A stretch of DNA of 57,360 bases, filler included, from Thelocarpon superellum (lineage: Eukaryota): NCBI GenBank assembly GCA_026025795.1. It is 4 parts of 4 records of this genome, joined end to end, with 100 filler letters (N's around TTAATTAATTAA, not from the genome) between each part and the next. Parts side by side here need not be neighbours in the genome. Positions count along the whole stretch, not along the records: positions 1 to 14,288 come from JAPEUG010000433.1; positions 14,389 to 28,674 come from JAPEUG010000434.1; 2 more parts are not named here. One strand, written 5' to 3'. Numbering within the stretch: position 1 is the first letter of the stretch; every line of letters begins with the position of its first letter. Position numbers and translations under genes: made by a program. Below are positions 12,801-23,731 of this stretch, in pieces. The notes beneath the pieces are model-generated. The model worked only from the letters and a program-made list of their open reading frames with translations. It had not been told where the DNA came from and did not search any database.

Positions 12801-13404
12801 AGCACGACCAGATCTTGGACGACCGAGCGACCTCGTTGGTGCATATAGGGCATTCGTAGAATCCGTTGGCAATGTCCTCATGGGTCCGGGTGGCGATGTC
12901 AGGCGCTGAAGACTTGGAGCTACGTCTCGCACGCGATGATCGTGGGCCTGGCGGAGTGCCCGCGTGGCGAACGGCGTGCGTTTGGCCCGGCCGAAATTCT
13001 GGGGCGTCTCCCTGCAGATTGGAGTCCGTCGAAGCCGATGCACTGGCTTGCGAAGTGGTGAGCCGTCCCCCGAATTGCCGGCCGGTGCTGGTGACTATAC
13101 CCCTTGGTCGGTCTTCTCGCCCTCCTCGATGTCGTGCTCGCCGCGACCTCGTCTCCCCTCGAGGCAGGGTGTGTGCAGGCGGCGCTACATATGCCGGCCG
13201 CAACGCGAGCGACGCATCCTCTTGGAGCTGTACACGATCTGGCCCATGGCCTGCAAGTCGTGAATGTACAGTTGGCAAGGCTCCTCGACTACCTGGTCTT
13301 CGGGATCTCCATGGCCGATGACGTGTTGGCGGGGCCGTGGATTCGTTGGCAACTGTGGGTTGTGGTGGTGCCCCCGCGGTGGCCGTGGCCGTGGCCGTGG
13401 CCAT
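9889..13404 (-). CDS. FAP1: NF-X1-type zinc finger / RING / R3H protein (FAP1/shuttle craft family)
   Basis: 1171-aa intronless ORF. RING/PHD-like YECPICTNEV...FHLGCI...WRCPGC, repeated C-x-H-x-C-x3-CH-x-G-x-C NF-X1 fingers, and R3H motif PMPSQQRAFVHLLADDYGLDSES. Confidence 0.92.
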   Translation of the reverse strand: MATATATATAGAPPQPTVANESTAPPTRHRPWRSRRPGSRGALPTVHSRLAGHGPDRVQLQEDASLALRPAYVAPPAHTLPRGETRSRRARHRGGREDRPRGIVTSTGRQFGGRLTTSQASASASTDSNLQGDAPEFRPGQTHAVRHAGTPPGPRSSRARRSSKSSAPDIATRTHEDIANGFYECPICTNEVARSSKIWSCWTCWTVFHLGCIQRWAKNEGSTMAQPHQDGSLPVPRMWRCPGCNLPKDAVPKLYACWCEKEVEPRSHVGLPPHSCGQTCGKPRAAPKSCPHPCDQVCHAGPCPPCTHVGPTQSCFCGKEAVTRRCVDTAYDTGWSCGKVCSDPMPCGEHACPRECHEGLCGACEVEVDGICYCGKEARKIACADQIDERRSRRADEDEERSWMGIFRCETQCGRSFDCGTHHCEKVCHAQDPVPAHCPLSPDRVSHCPCGKTPLSELLRQPRRTCDDPIPNCSETCSKPLACGHSCQQDCHAGPCLPCLQTVDVVCRCGRVTTTTTCHQGVAEPPWCSRVCRVTLNCGRHECGERCCPGERKAQERQSGQRKARPLGAASAPYPLDGGVEAEHICTRVCGRRLKCGQHECPELCHKGPCGSCREAIFEEVSCHCGRTVLHPPLPCGTKPPACTFPCGRDKSCSHPAIFHPCHGDDEPCPKCAFLTEKPCMCGKKTLKHQPCWLGEVRCGEPCGHMLRCGSHYCRRPCHRPGKCEDAETPCEQACGKAKKLCGHPCADPCHAPYPCREEKPCAQRVMITCACQHLKQEMRCLASKSGDGNARRTLSCDDECARLARNHQLAVALKIDVETHSDQHIPYGKETLEMYRDNVTWAAQQERALRIFAGNEAEKRLRLKPMPSQQRAFVHLLADDYGLDSESMDPEPHRHVALFKTPRFVSAPHRTLAQCVELRPTAPRPAAADAPPRLATATEPPYNALLFRAPRFGLTETELVDAIAPLVMAHGHSELRVHFLPSEEVLLQPASPPIAAHPAAAAAAAETQLRSLRAPLIKLLARHHFVSTSASSSTPQLHLCHVDASLNLLRHESEASGSGQGWSHVAAKAAAQPRSVADGAYPWLSSSRIGGGTIFSVLGHGSGVASSKKSKERVKEKRKEESVVVEDWQEAAEAEEGNEASQREAEENGARQKTVPDSQQTEQGPALEGQ

Positions 13405-13876
13405 GGTGGATGGTGGGGTGAGTGCAGAAGGAATGAAGACTATGGAAGTGAGGGAAAGGCCTTTTTGATGTGCTCTCCGCCTCCGGTCAGGCGGCTAATT
13501 GGGAACAATATCCAGGTCGTGTATCTGGTGTGGCAAAGTCGAATCGAGGACTGGCGAGTCGTGATTTACCAAGTGATAACCAGGCACGAGTACAATGTAA
13601 GTAGTTATGCAACAACTCATAAGCGTTACATTTGTCGGTAGGCGAGGCTGATGGCCTCTGCTTGCATCTTTCGCCCGCAAACCACTATGTTACTCGTAAA
13701 GTGACGGAATTTACGCCAGTGACTCACCGCCGAGAGGCTACTCGTCAACACTCGGGAAGGAATTCCGTCGCTCCGTCGCACCCGAACGCAAGCTATGACT
13801 ATGAAACGGTAGTCGGTCCGGCAAAACACGCAGGTATCATCGTAGCACGTTCAGTCCAAAAAGGCACGATCGACGG

Positions 13877-14288
13877 CTATCTCTTCCCCTCCGTCACTTC
13901 GTCGACAAAGTCAGCAATGGCCGGGAAAAACCCTGGTTCAAGAATGCTCTCGTTATGCGTGCCGTTGGGAAAATCCCTCCAAATTTTCGTCTTGGCCCGA
14001 CACATGTCATAGAGCTGCTTCATGTGTGAGGGACTGTGATCGATAGGGTCAGCACCGTCTGGCCGTCGGTTTTGCTCGGGGGAGGGCCCACGCACGGCAC
14101 AATTTCATCCCGCAAGCCGCTCAAGAAGAGGACCGGGACGTCGGTGATGCTGGGAAGGACCGTCTCACTCGCCCACGTTTGATGGCACAGCCGCGCCAGG
14201 TAGCGGGCCGGCGGAAAGACACTGGATCAGGTCAGCAGGTCGGCTGGAAGGCGTAGTGACAACTCGTCAATGTACCTCGGGATGATCT
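13877..14288 (-). CDS. BEM46: BEM46/ABHD13-family alpha/beta hydrolase, 3' part (truncated by contig end)
   Basis: Spliced translation VFPPARYLARLCHQTWASETVLPSITDVPVLFLSGLRDEIVP|PSHMKQLYDMC...FPNGTHNESILEPGFF, which includes the catalytic Asp and His motifs. Two GT-AG introns. Confidence 0.85.
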
Positions 14289-14388
14289 NNNNNNNNNNNN
14301 NNNNNNNNNNNNNNNNNNNNNNNNNNNNNNNNTTAATTAATTAANNNNNNNNNNNNNNNNNNNNNNNNNNNNNNNNNNNNNNNNNNNN
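14289..14388. other. Artificial contig spacer N44-TTAATTAATTAA-N44
   Basis: Identical 100-nt structure three times; the 12-mer gives stops in all six frames. Confidence 0.98.
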
Positions 14389-14496
14389 AGAGTCTCTGGG
14401 CCGCTCTCACGTCGACGCCTTCTTTTACCCAGAACTCCACCATCTCACTAACTAGCAGCAGCCCACTGCCACGGTCCTGTCTACTGGTGCGGAATG

Positions 14497-15615
14497 ATGT
14501 CTCGTAGAATGTCGTAGAGGACGAACGTGCGGCGTTCTTCTCGCAGACGTCTGCAACTCGCGAGGCATGGGACGCAAAAGCCAAGGAGCAGGTCGAAGGG
14601 GAAGTGGTCCCCGTGACCGTGCAAGGTGCTTGCAGGTACCCCGTCTACGCTGAACCCGAACTCGAGTTTGTTCAATCCCGAACGAATTCTCCCCTGCTCA
14701 AATCAGACATCACCGCTTTGGCGCGGAGAGTCCACGGCAGCCTGGTCCCGAGCGTCACATTTCACGGCCAGCTCGGGGAAGACAGCAAAGAGCTTCTCTC
14801 CGTCTACGTCCTAAGCCGAGTGCACGGCATCAGCCGTTTGGACTTTGTGCTCGCGAATGGCTTTCCCAACAAGACAGAACAGAATTTCGTCTGGCGAGAG
14901 ACATTCATCGCGGATCTAGCACAGTGCGTTTTCGTCCCCCTTCTCGACATACGTGCCCAACGATGCAGCTTCCATGCCGTCACCTGGAAAACACCTCAAG
15001 AGGTGGACCAAGACTACCGCGAGAACCTACGCCAGACATTCGTTCGGGATCTGCGGCTGCTCCTTCGCTCTCTACCGTCTCGTTCTCAGAAGGCATCCTG
15101 GAACGTCTCCATGCGATGGGGGATGTCTTCTCCCTGCCAATGGTTCTTCTCCATCGCGATTTCGGAACCTGCAACATCATGGTCGATGAGAAGTCTTGTC
15201 GCCTGACTGGCGTCATCGACTGGGCAGAGGTCGAGATCTGCCCTTTCAGCCTCAACCTTCACTCTCTGCAATCATTCATGGCTACGCTTCACCTGAAGCA
15301 CGAGTGGACACGTTATGAGGATCACCCAGATCTGGAGGCCACCTTGTGGGCGACATTCCGAGACGCCGTGGGAGGCCTGTCAGCAGAGACCCTCAAGACC
15401 ATCGGTACGGCGAGGGTCGTGGGCTTACTGCTCTCTCGTGGCTTCAATCACGCCTCGCAAACAGGCCGCAGGCCATTCCCATCAGCGAGGATGATGCGGG
15501 ACGGCACAACAAGCTTTCCTTGGATGGTTTCCTGATCAATCCCACCACACGGTCTGAGAACCTTGCTGAGCTTTCTCGCGATTCAGAACACCCTTCCAGC
15601 GATCGAGCCAGATAG
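14497..15615 (+). pseudogene. Fungal aminoglycoside-phosphotransferase/kinase-like (APH family) pseudogene
   Basis: Brenner-type LLHRDFGTCNIMVD and LTGVIDWAE motifs and an N-terminal VPVTVQGAC. The reading is split over three frames (shifts near 15085 and 15445) with an in-frame TAG near the expected start. Confidence 0.8.
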
Positions 15616-16011
15616 TCACCGCAAGAGCCCATGTTCCTGAATTGAACTTTGCTATGGTCAGGTATATCATGACCCCGTCTCTTCTGACCTCCGCATTGTA
15701 GGCGCCAGGAACGACGCTGTTAGCCAGGAGTCAGTGTACCGTTTGGTGTTGAAACCTTTGACTCTCGCCCCAATCGTCCTTAATTCTTCCACCTCTTCAG
15801 ACTGCACGGTCAAAGAACCTCTGCACTGACCAGGGCCCTCTTGAGCTCGTCGACATCACGGAGCTTCGGCTCAAGCTTCCCAGCATTGGAAAGCTTGCGG
15901 CTACCCGAAGTCATTGTAGCGTGTGTCTCATTGCACTGACGCACGCGCGGCTGCCCATCCACGCCTTCGAATGACCACCCGGTGATTCGAGTCGGCGAGC
16001 CGCCGCGCCCG

Positions 16012-16071
16012 GCTGCGGGTGTGTAGCGGCATAATCCCCACTGCCCCCGCGTTCGACTCAGGGTTGATGTT
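16012..16071 (+). pseudogene. Degenerate tRNA-like sequence (resembles tRNA-Gly GCC with the 3' anticodon arm deleted); possible SINE head
   Basis: GGTG-TGTAGCGGCATAATCC...TGCC-CCCGCGTTCGACTC contains an A-box-like segment and the B box GTTCGACTC (16051-16059). It is too short and mismatched to form a cloverleaf. Confidence 0.35.
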
Positions 16072-16194
16072 GTGCCGCGACACCATCCAGTCTACTATTT
16101 CCGCCTAGCTGTGCACTTGGTCGTCACAACATAGGTAAAGTGGGAGGTGGTGAGATGCTTCTTCATCAATTTGGCTACTCAGCTACGCTTGTAT

Positions 16195-16342
16195 AGTTGC
16201 ACAGGCAGAAATCAGCATGATAGGTAGCTAACTTCTACAACTCTGCTCGGGTCTCCCCATACAAGTCATGTGGGAACCCCTAAAGCAGCATGTCCTACTG
16301 AGCTCCCCTATAACCCGTCACTGATTATGTCATCTGCCAACA
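16195..16342 (+). repeat. Dispersed ~150-bp element, copy 2
   Basis: ACTCTGCTCGGGTCTCCCCATAC...TGTGGGAACCCCTAAAGCAGCA...CTGATTATGTCATCTGCCAAC matches copies 1 and 3. Confidence 0.85.
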
Positions 16343-16910
16343 CCGTCACGCACTAACATAGTTTTGTCGGGCCTGTGGAGATGCTGGGAAGCGTCTGCAA
16401 GAAAAATCGCTCAGAAGCAGCGGTGGCAAGGCCACCGCCTGGGACATAGGGTCATGCGAGGTTGCTTTCGACTCATTTTCGTATCAAGGCTGACACTGCC
16501 CGAACTTGACGCATCGTCCCAATCATACAATGCATTGCTCTGCCCCGAGGCTCTGGCGACCGGCTGCTGATCGCCCGTAGAGCAGCATATCAGATGAGAC
16601 TGGGATCAGAGGCATACCAATCTTGCCAACGCTGCCGCCCGGCTTGATTGCCGCGCCGGCGCATGCACGTTCTAGCGAAAGTGTCGTTGTTCCCCGTGAT
16701 TCACTCCGCCGAGCTTGGCCCTTTGCATCACATCGCCCGAAGTAACGGCCAGCTAGCATCCAGGTGCCATGGTTCTCTGCTTCTTGTGCAAGAACGCTTG
16801 GCCCCATATCTGATTCGTGTTGGCGGGAGCAGTGTAGACAAGTGCAATGGCTGTGGCCCCGTCCACCTCGGGACGCCAAAATCTCGCTCTCTGGACTGTC
16901 ATCAACCACG

Positions 16911-18216
16911 ATGCGACGCTCAGCGTTGTGTTCCTTTCTTGCCCTGGGCCTGAGCCTCTTGAACGGACTCGTGCAAGCGAGTCTACCTCCAGGTGTTGGT
17001 TCGATTCCTCCCTCAGTTCGATCCAATGAAGTTCCGTATTGTCGTGACATCTTCTCCGTTGGCGGGCAGTACCAATTCGACGCGACCTTGAATGGGTCAC
17101 TCCTGGTCAATCAGATCTATGTGGAGAAGCTCGTGCCGGTGAATGGCTCCAGAGAGCCCTATCCTTTGGTCTTCTTCCACGGTGCTACGCCCACAGGAAC
17201 TGTGAGTACCTCCTGGCGCTACCCCACGGCCTCTGTCAGCTTGCTGACGACCGTCCCGGCGCTTACAGACCTAGCTCAACACACCTGATAATCGCCGAGG
17301 CTTTGCCTCTCTCTTCATCGATCAAGGCTACGAGGTCTATCTCCTGGACCAAAGCTCGGTCGGGAGGGCCTCGAGTATGGATTTCACCGGCTTCCCTGAG
17401 GGCACTCAGGTCACCGCGGAGATGGCCGAGTCGGGCTTTACAGCTCCGCGGTACTTTGGCTTCTACCCGCAGGCCGTACTCCACACGCAGTGGCCGGGGG
17501 TATGTTGTGCACCGAAGGTGCCCAGGAACATGACCTTTTGCTGACCCTGCCCGCTCCAGACCGGTCTGAAAGGCGATCCAACCTTTGACAAATTCCTGGG
17601 CACCATCCTCCCCCTGTCACTCAATCTCACCCGCCAGCAAAGGTCGATGCAGAACTCCGGCTGTGCCCTCCTCGAGAAGATTGGCAAGTCCTTCCTGATG
17701 GCGCACTCCACAGGTGGCACCTACGCGACCCTCATCGCCGATGCCTGCCCCGACAAGGTGGTAGGCTACGTGGGGCTCGAGCCGGACAACTCGCCCTTTC
17801 GGTCCTATTCCGTCAACGTGACTAGACCCGTCCGCATCTGGGGCCTGGCCGACATCCCTCTCACCTACGACCCACCAGTGACAGACCCGACGAGCCAGCT
17901 TGCCAAGGCTGTGGTGGGCGATGAGACGTGGGCCAATCGCTCATGCATTCTCCAGGCCAGCAACTCGACACGATCGTTGCCCAACATCGCCCAGAGCCCG
18001 ATCCTGGTCCTCACTGGCGAAGCCAGTATTCACATCACTTATGATCATTGTATCGTCGCCTTCTTGCGTCAAGCCGGCGTTTCCGTCGACTGGATAGAAT
18101 TGTCGCAGATTGGCATCCACGGAAATGGCCACCTTGGCTTCATGGAGCTCAACAACCAGATCATCTTCCAGGTGGCGCTGACGTGGATCCGCGATCACAC
18201 GCCAATGGGCCAATAG
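16911..18216 (+). CDS. Secreted alpha/beta hydrolase (esterase/lipase-like) interrupted by one in-frame TAG (17272-17274)
   Basis: Signal peptide MRRSALCSFLALGLSLLNGLVQA; motifs QIYVEKL, PLVFFHG, T*LNTPDNRRGFA, nucleophile AHSTGG and GIHGNGHLGFMELN; introns 17202-17268 and 17500-17559. May be a young pseudogene. Confidence 0.8.
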
Positions 18217-19207
18217 CACGGACCGGCACACGTCTTGCCGACCTGTCATCTGGCTATGTCCTAGCAGCCCTTGCGAGCACTATTGGTAGGCTCCATTATA
18301 GGAGCTTCGAGACGCGACCAGCATCTGGAGCAAATACTAGCGAGACTCCAAGAACTCACCCATTTTACTCTTGGGTCGTATGACAGCTACCAGAACAGCA
18401 TGCTTATATAAGCAACGGCGCTTGGTGTTTGCTCTGCGCCAACACCGGTAAAGCCTATACGAGTAAAATAACTTACTCTAACATAGTACTGTGGAGGCTC
18501 CATACGGGAGCTCGAGGCTTCTGAGTAAGCCGCTTCACATGACCCACAATAGCTGTATATTAGAACAATGGATAGCTTCTGTAGAATAGACCACCCATCT
18601 CCAGTGGAATAACCGGGGTGCGTCAGTACGGAGCTCACCGCTCCTTTGTTGCCCGCTGTTGGGGCAGTCGGCGATCGTACAGGCCTCGGCAAGCCCCGAA
18701 ACACTAGACAGGACAATCTCACAGATCGTCGTCCCACTCCCCCGTTGGCCAATTGTGCACGGTGCACGGTGTACAGTGTCTTGCCCACTGGGATCGCCCA
18801 TCTCGATACTCCACATGCTATTGAAACCTCCCGCGCGCAACAGTGGTCATTACAGGCCCAATCCAGGAACGTTCCGTCAGGGCGCCGCGGCTCGTGTTGA
18901 AACGTGGGGATGGCGTCCGCAGCGGTCCCAAAGACCAATTCACGGAGCCCCAACACCACGTCACGAACCCTCTAACACAATGCTGGTCCATCATTCTCTG
19001 GTCTGGTCTCGGGTTTCCCGGCTCGTGGAACGGACCACGGAACATCCCACGGCACGTCGTTTCGGTATAACTTCGTGGCATCAGCTCCGTCGTGGCCCTT
19101 GTCCACATTATTACTTCATGGCGTCTGTTTCTCTCCGTCGAGCCCGATCTCAACGCTGTTCCTGATCGCATTCGGCGTATCAGCCTCTATATTTTGTATC
19201 ACTTATA

Positions 19208-20853
19208 ATGTTATCGTTCATCACCCCGCTGCAGGCGTTGGCCTTCTACTCGATATGCATCTTAGCCGCGGCACGAGCACAGTCGGCGCCCGCATCGACG
19301 GGGTGTAATCCTACGGTGAATGGTCAGTGCCTGTTTGACTGCACAAGAAATACCGTCTGACCCCGTTTGAAGTCAGCTGTCCCCCAGATCCAGCCCTCGG
19401 TGGTACGCAAACGTTCGATTTCACGCAGGGAGAGTCGAGTGCCTTCACCAGTATCGGCGGCGGCCAACCGACGTATGACTCCAAGGGCGTGTCCTTTGTC
19501 GCGGCCAAATCGGGCGACTCGCCGACGATCCGGAGTAACTTCTACATCATGTACGGCAGGGTCGAGACGGTGATGCAAGCCGCGGCGGGCTCGGGCATCG
19601 TCAGCGCCTCGGTCTTGCTGTCGGACGACGCGGACGAGATCGACTGGGAGTACCTGGGCCAGGCGGTCGACCAGGTCCAGACCATGTTCTTTGTCCGGGG
19701 CCAACCCATCAGGACCGGTACTGTTCCCCCGAATTCGAACGCGACGGTCCCTGGTGGCACCACGGCCTTTCACAAATACACCGTGGATTGGACGGCCGAC
19801 GCCATCACTTGGTACGTCGACGATGTCGCCGTCGTGAACCGCACCATCGCCAACGGCAACACCCTCCCGTCCACGCCGTGCCAGGTCAAGATCGGCATCT
19901 GGAGCGCCGGAGACCCCGCGCTGAACCCGAATGGACCCAATGGTAAAGTCAGCCCGCCGTAGACGGAAGGGACCGATGCTGATGACGGGGTGGATCCAGG
20001 TTGGGCTGGCGCAACCGATTACTCCCAAGGGCCCTTTACCATGATCGTCCAGTCTGTGAGCGTGACGGACTATTCCACCGGCACGCAGTACACGTACAGC
20101 GACACCTCGGGAAGCGCTTCGTCGATCAAGTCCACGGGCGGCACGGTCAATCTCGGCCCCGCCGGGCAGCCGGCGCAGGTCAACTTTGGGGGGTCGGGGG
20201 CTACGCCGTCTGCGTCATCCTCGACCGCGTCTGACACCTCTGGCACGGCGGCCTCGGTGGCTTCTTCACCTCCATCTTCATCTTCATCTTCGTCCGCGTC
20301 CTCGTCCGACGTCAGTACTGTTGCCTCGAACTCGTCTCAACCGACCAGCACTCCCTCGGTCATCAGCACTGCCATCGGCGCTTCTCCAACCACAGTCTTT
20401 TCCAATTCCAGCGTCACCACTACATCTATCACCCCTCCATTCCCCACCGTCCCGTCCGGACTCGGCCGCAATGTCACCGTCGTCTTCGCTCCAGCGAATC
20501 CCGTCGCTGGAGGTGTTCCACCCGCCGATAGTGTAGTAGGAGGCCAAGCGCCACCAGCGAGCGGGTCAGGCGCCGGCGCCGGCACAGGTACGGGTGCGGG
20601 CACTGGCACGGGCACGGGCACGGGCACGGGCACAAGCAATGTTCAGCCCGGTCCGCTGGGACCCGCGCTGGGCGCCGGCGCAGCGGGACCTACGCCGATT
20701 GCGCCAACCCCGGCGCCAGGCTCCATCCCCAGCGCCAACACGCCGGAGCAGGTGTCGGTCAACGCGGCCGCCTCGCTCTCAAGAAGCGGCCTTTACGCCT
20801 TGTGGTTGGCCTCCGCCCCTCTTGTGATCTGCTGGGCAGGGCGCATGCTGTAA
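19208..20853 (+). CDS. GH16 Crh-family cell-wall transglycosylase, GPI-anchored
   Basis: Signal peptide, CNPT...CPPDPALG, catalytic DEIDWE, FHKYTVDWT, Ser/Thr/Gly-rich tail and hydrophobic GPI signal. Introns 19323-19372 and about 19943-19999. Confidence 0.9.
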
Positions 20854-23731
20854 AGTAGTCCAAGTAGTCCCTGACGTCGTCCGTCGGGCTGCCCTAGTCC
20901 TCTTTCTTCTTGTCTCAATACCTTGGTCGCGTCATTCGATAACATGGCATGTCGATTGTGAAATTCTGATTGACGGCAAATCCACGTCCCTGTGCTATAA
21001 TTCTCCTTCCCGACGGACGGTGGCATTCGCAGACAACACGTGGGATGAAGACGTCCTGACGTTCTGACAGTGTCTCGTCCGCGTAGCACGGTAAGTCGCA
21101 GGTTCCCTTCGACGTGACCCAAAAACGTAGGTCGCGGACGCGCAAGAGCAGCCATTGGGAAGGATACAGCGCGTACATTCTCCGTCGGATACGCTTCACG
21201 GACGAAGGGTTCCAGGCGCTTTCTCGACACCGCGAGTGGTACAGCATGCTGGCGGAGTTCTGGGACGGGCTGAATGGCACGGGTATCACGATAACGTATG
21301 GGAAGTGTTTGTATCGCTCCAAGAGGCCATGCTACATGAGACGCCTGGCGATGAGCGGGCGCGGTTGGAAGAGGAGACCCGATGGGCGGCAAGAAGGGCG
21401 AAACGAGAGAGAAGCAATGACGCAACAACTCATCCGAACAGGAAAATGTGTGGTCTGCGAGACTCTCCCGCGGACCTTGTTAGAGCGCGAGGGAATGGGC
21501 ATGCAGGAGGCATGTGATGACGGCACTGGTGCTTCGTCCGTCTGCCGGGACGGTACCTGCGCCCTCCGCCGGCAGGACGCAAAAAACGAACGCAGGGACA
21601 CGTATAGTAGCTGCTCAAGGATGCACCACCTACTAGGTAGGTGCACAGTGTAAGCTAAAGAGCCGCACATCATCCTCGTCTTCCGTGCGACCGGGACGGG
21701 CGACTACCCTGCCTCGCCTCCTCACCTCCATTGGCAGGATCTGCGGGGTAGGAAGAGGTCCACGACTCGACTTGGCATCGACGTGCTCGTGCCTGGGATG
21801 GATCACCGTCAATAACGGTGCGGTTGAGGTGTCGTCAGGGTCCTAATGATGTCGATATCATGACTGTGCATATTCCCACGCCAGGCAGCCATAAAGCCTG
21901 AGATTCGTCATGTGTCGCGGGGCCTTTTCTGCAAGGAGGGCCGAGAGTAGAAAGCTGGTCGCGTCGCCAGATGGCTCCTGTACGCCAGGATGCCATGATC
22001 CTTCGCTGCCATCGAGCGCCAAGAAGGGCAGGGGACGGACGTGGGTGGGGACGGGTACCGATTGGCCACTTGTGCCACAATCCGTCCCATGGAATGATCC
22101 GTGGTAAGACGGAGGACCCCGTGCAGTGCACGCAAAGACCGATGTCGATAGGTGGGTTTGGTGGCGCAGTTCAGGCAAGAATGGATCCCTCGGGTGGAAA
22201 TTTAGTCATAGATGGTTGGAGTTGGCCGAGCTCAGTCAAGCATGGATGGATGACAGAGCTTGTTCAGGAGCCCAGCATGGCCCTGGTTGATGCAGGATGA
22301 GACCTGAAATACTTCACGTTCGCTTCCATGGCGCCTGGACCGGACCCGCAGGCTTCGGGAGATGGCTAGCTCTTCAGCAGGAAGGGAGATGACGCGGGGC
22401 GAGGGCACAGGGAAATGCATCGACATGCGCACGAGCGTTGGGACGGTAGTTAGGGCACGAGCACTCATCCTGTACTCGTACCAAAACTCTTACTCGTACT
22501 GATACTCGTACTCGTACTAACACGTTACTCGTACTCGTATTCGTGCCATCCCCTCTTTGCCCTGGGACGGCGAGGAGTGTTGGCAGATCAGACATTTGTC
22601 CCTTGGTCATGGCGGCTTTAGCAGGTCGTACTGCTGTGGTAACCTTGCGCCCAGCTCGGCTGGAGAGGGCATGCGAAAGGAGTCCGAATCTCATGATATG
22701 CCCAAGGCCAGCACTCATGGAGCATGCCTCCTCTCTTGGTTTGTCTGATCTCCCCCCCGAGTTGTGGCGGCGAAAGCACTGGTGGTAGAGTAGCCGTGGT
22801 GGATTATTTACAGCGCTTGTCACAGCTTACGCCCAGCCTCCTTCGCTGTAGCCGGACGACACGCAGTATGTACGAAGTACAGTAACACGCAACGTGTAGG
22901 CCACGGTCGGCTTCGCCGACCGCGGTATAAGGTAGAATTCAGAGCTATAGCTACGCAGCGTTGAGGAGTTCCATCCTGAGTTCTGCGGCAGCAAGCACGT
23001 GCTGAAGATAGGTCGACATCCATAGCTGGAAGCCAATTGATTATCCTATGCTGAAGCTGATCCATCAGGGCGTTCCGGATGTCGTGGACCTCCGCTGCGC
23101 TCCGGTACAATGCCCTCCACCGCGTATCTTTAGTTGACATCTCGTGCTCGGGCCAGCAAACCAACGGCAGTGTTCCAGGCGGCTGGTCATTGCAATCTGT
23201 CTCTCCGGCCCCTCTTTGCAGAGTCTCGCTTGCAGAGCTCGCTGCCTCATCATGGACCCAGCCCGACAAGGGTCACGCCCACGGATCGCCAGCCCGTCCC
23301 GTCGAAGAACCCCGGTCGCGCCAGGTAGAGCTCACCCGGTATCTCAGGCTTACAGTCCAAGGGATATTTCCCATGGACGCCCAGAAGGCTGGTCGGGCTC
23401 GGGCACGCAGGATTACAGAATGACCCACTCAAGAAAGTACCGTCCTATGTTCAAGCCCATGTGCAGTCGGTGAAACCAGTGGCAGCAGAGACGCAGCGCT
23501 CCAAGAAACAAACGGCAACGGCAACGGCAGCACCCTGAATCAGCCACCGCCTCGAAAAACCCGGTCCGCAGAAAGCCAGGCGGAGCGCCACGGATGCACG
23601 ACCACGGCGCAGCCCAGGCCGTCGGAGAAAGACCCCCCGATGAAGGACGGCTCTCCGTCTCCGTCTCTGTCCACGTCCGTACTCACGCACACGGCCACCT
23701 GGTCCCACGCCTCCACCGCTTCTCCCTCGCC

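Noticed and set aside
9889..13421. Many long antisense and alternate-frame ORFs over NF-X1, also over RPB2, epsin and GlyRS
   Set aside because: Expected shadows of GC-rich codon usage; no independent motifs.
14333..14344. TTAATTAATTAA recurring about every 14.37 kb as a periodic genomic signal
   Set aside because: It is embedded in N runs; an artificial six-frame stop linker.
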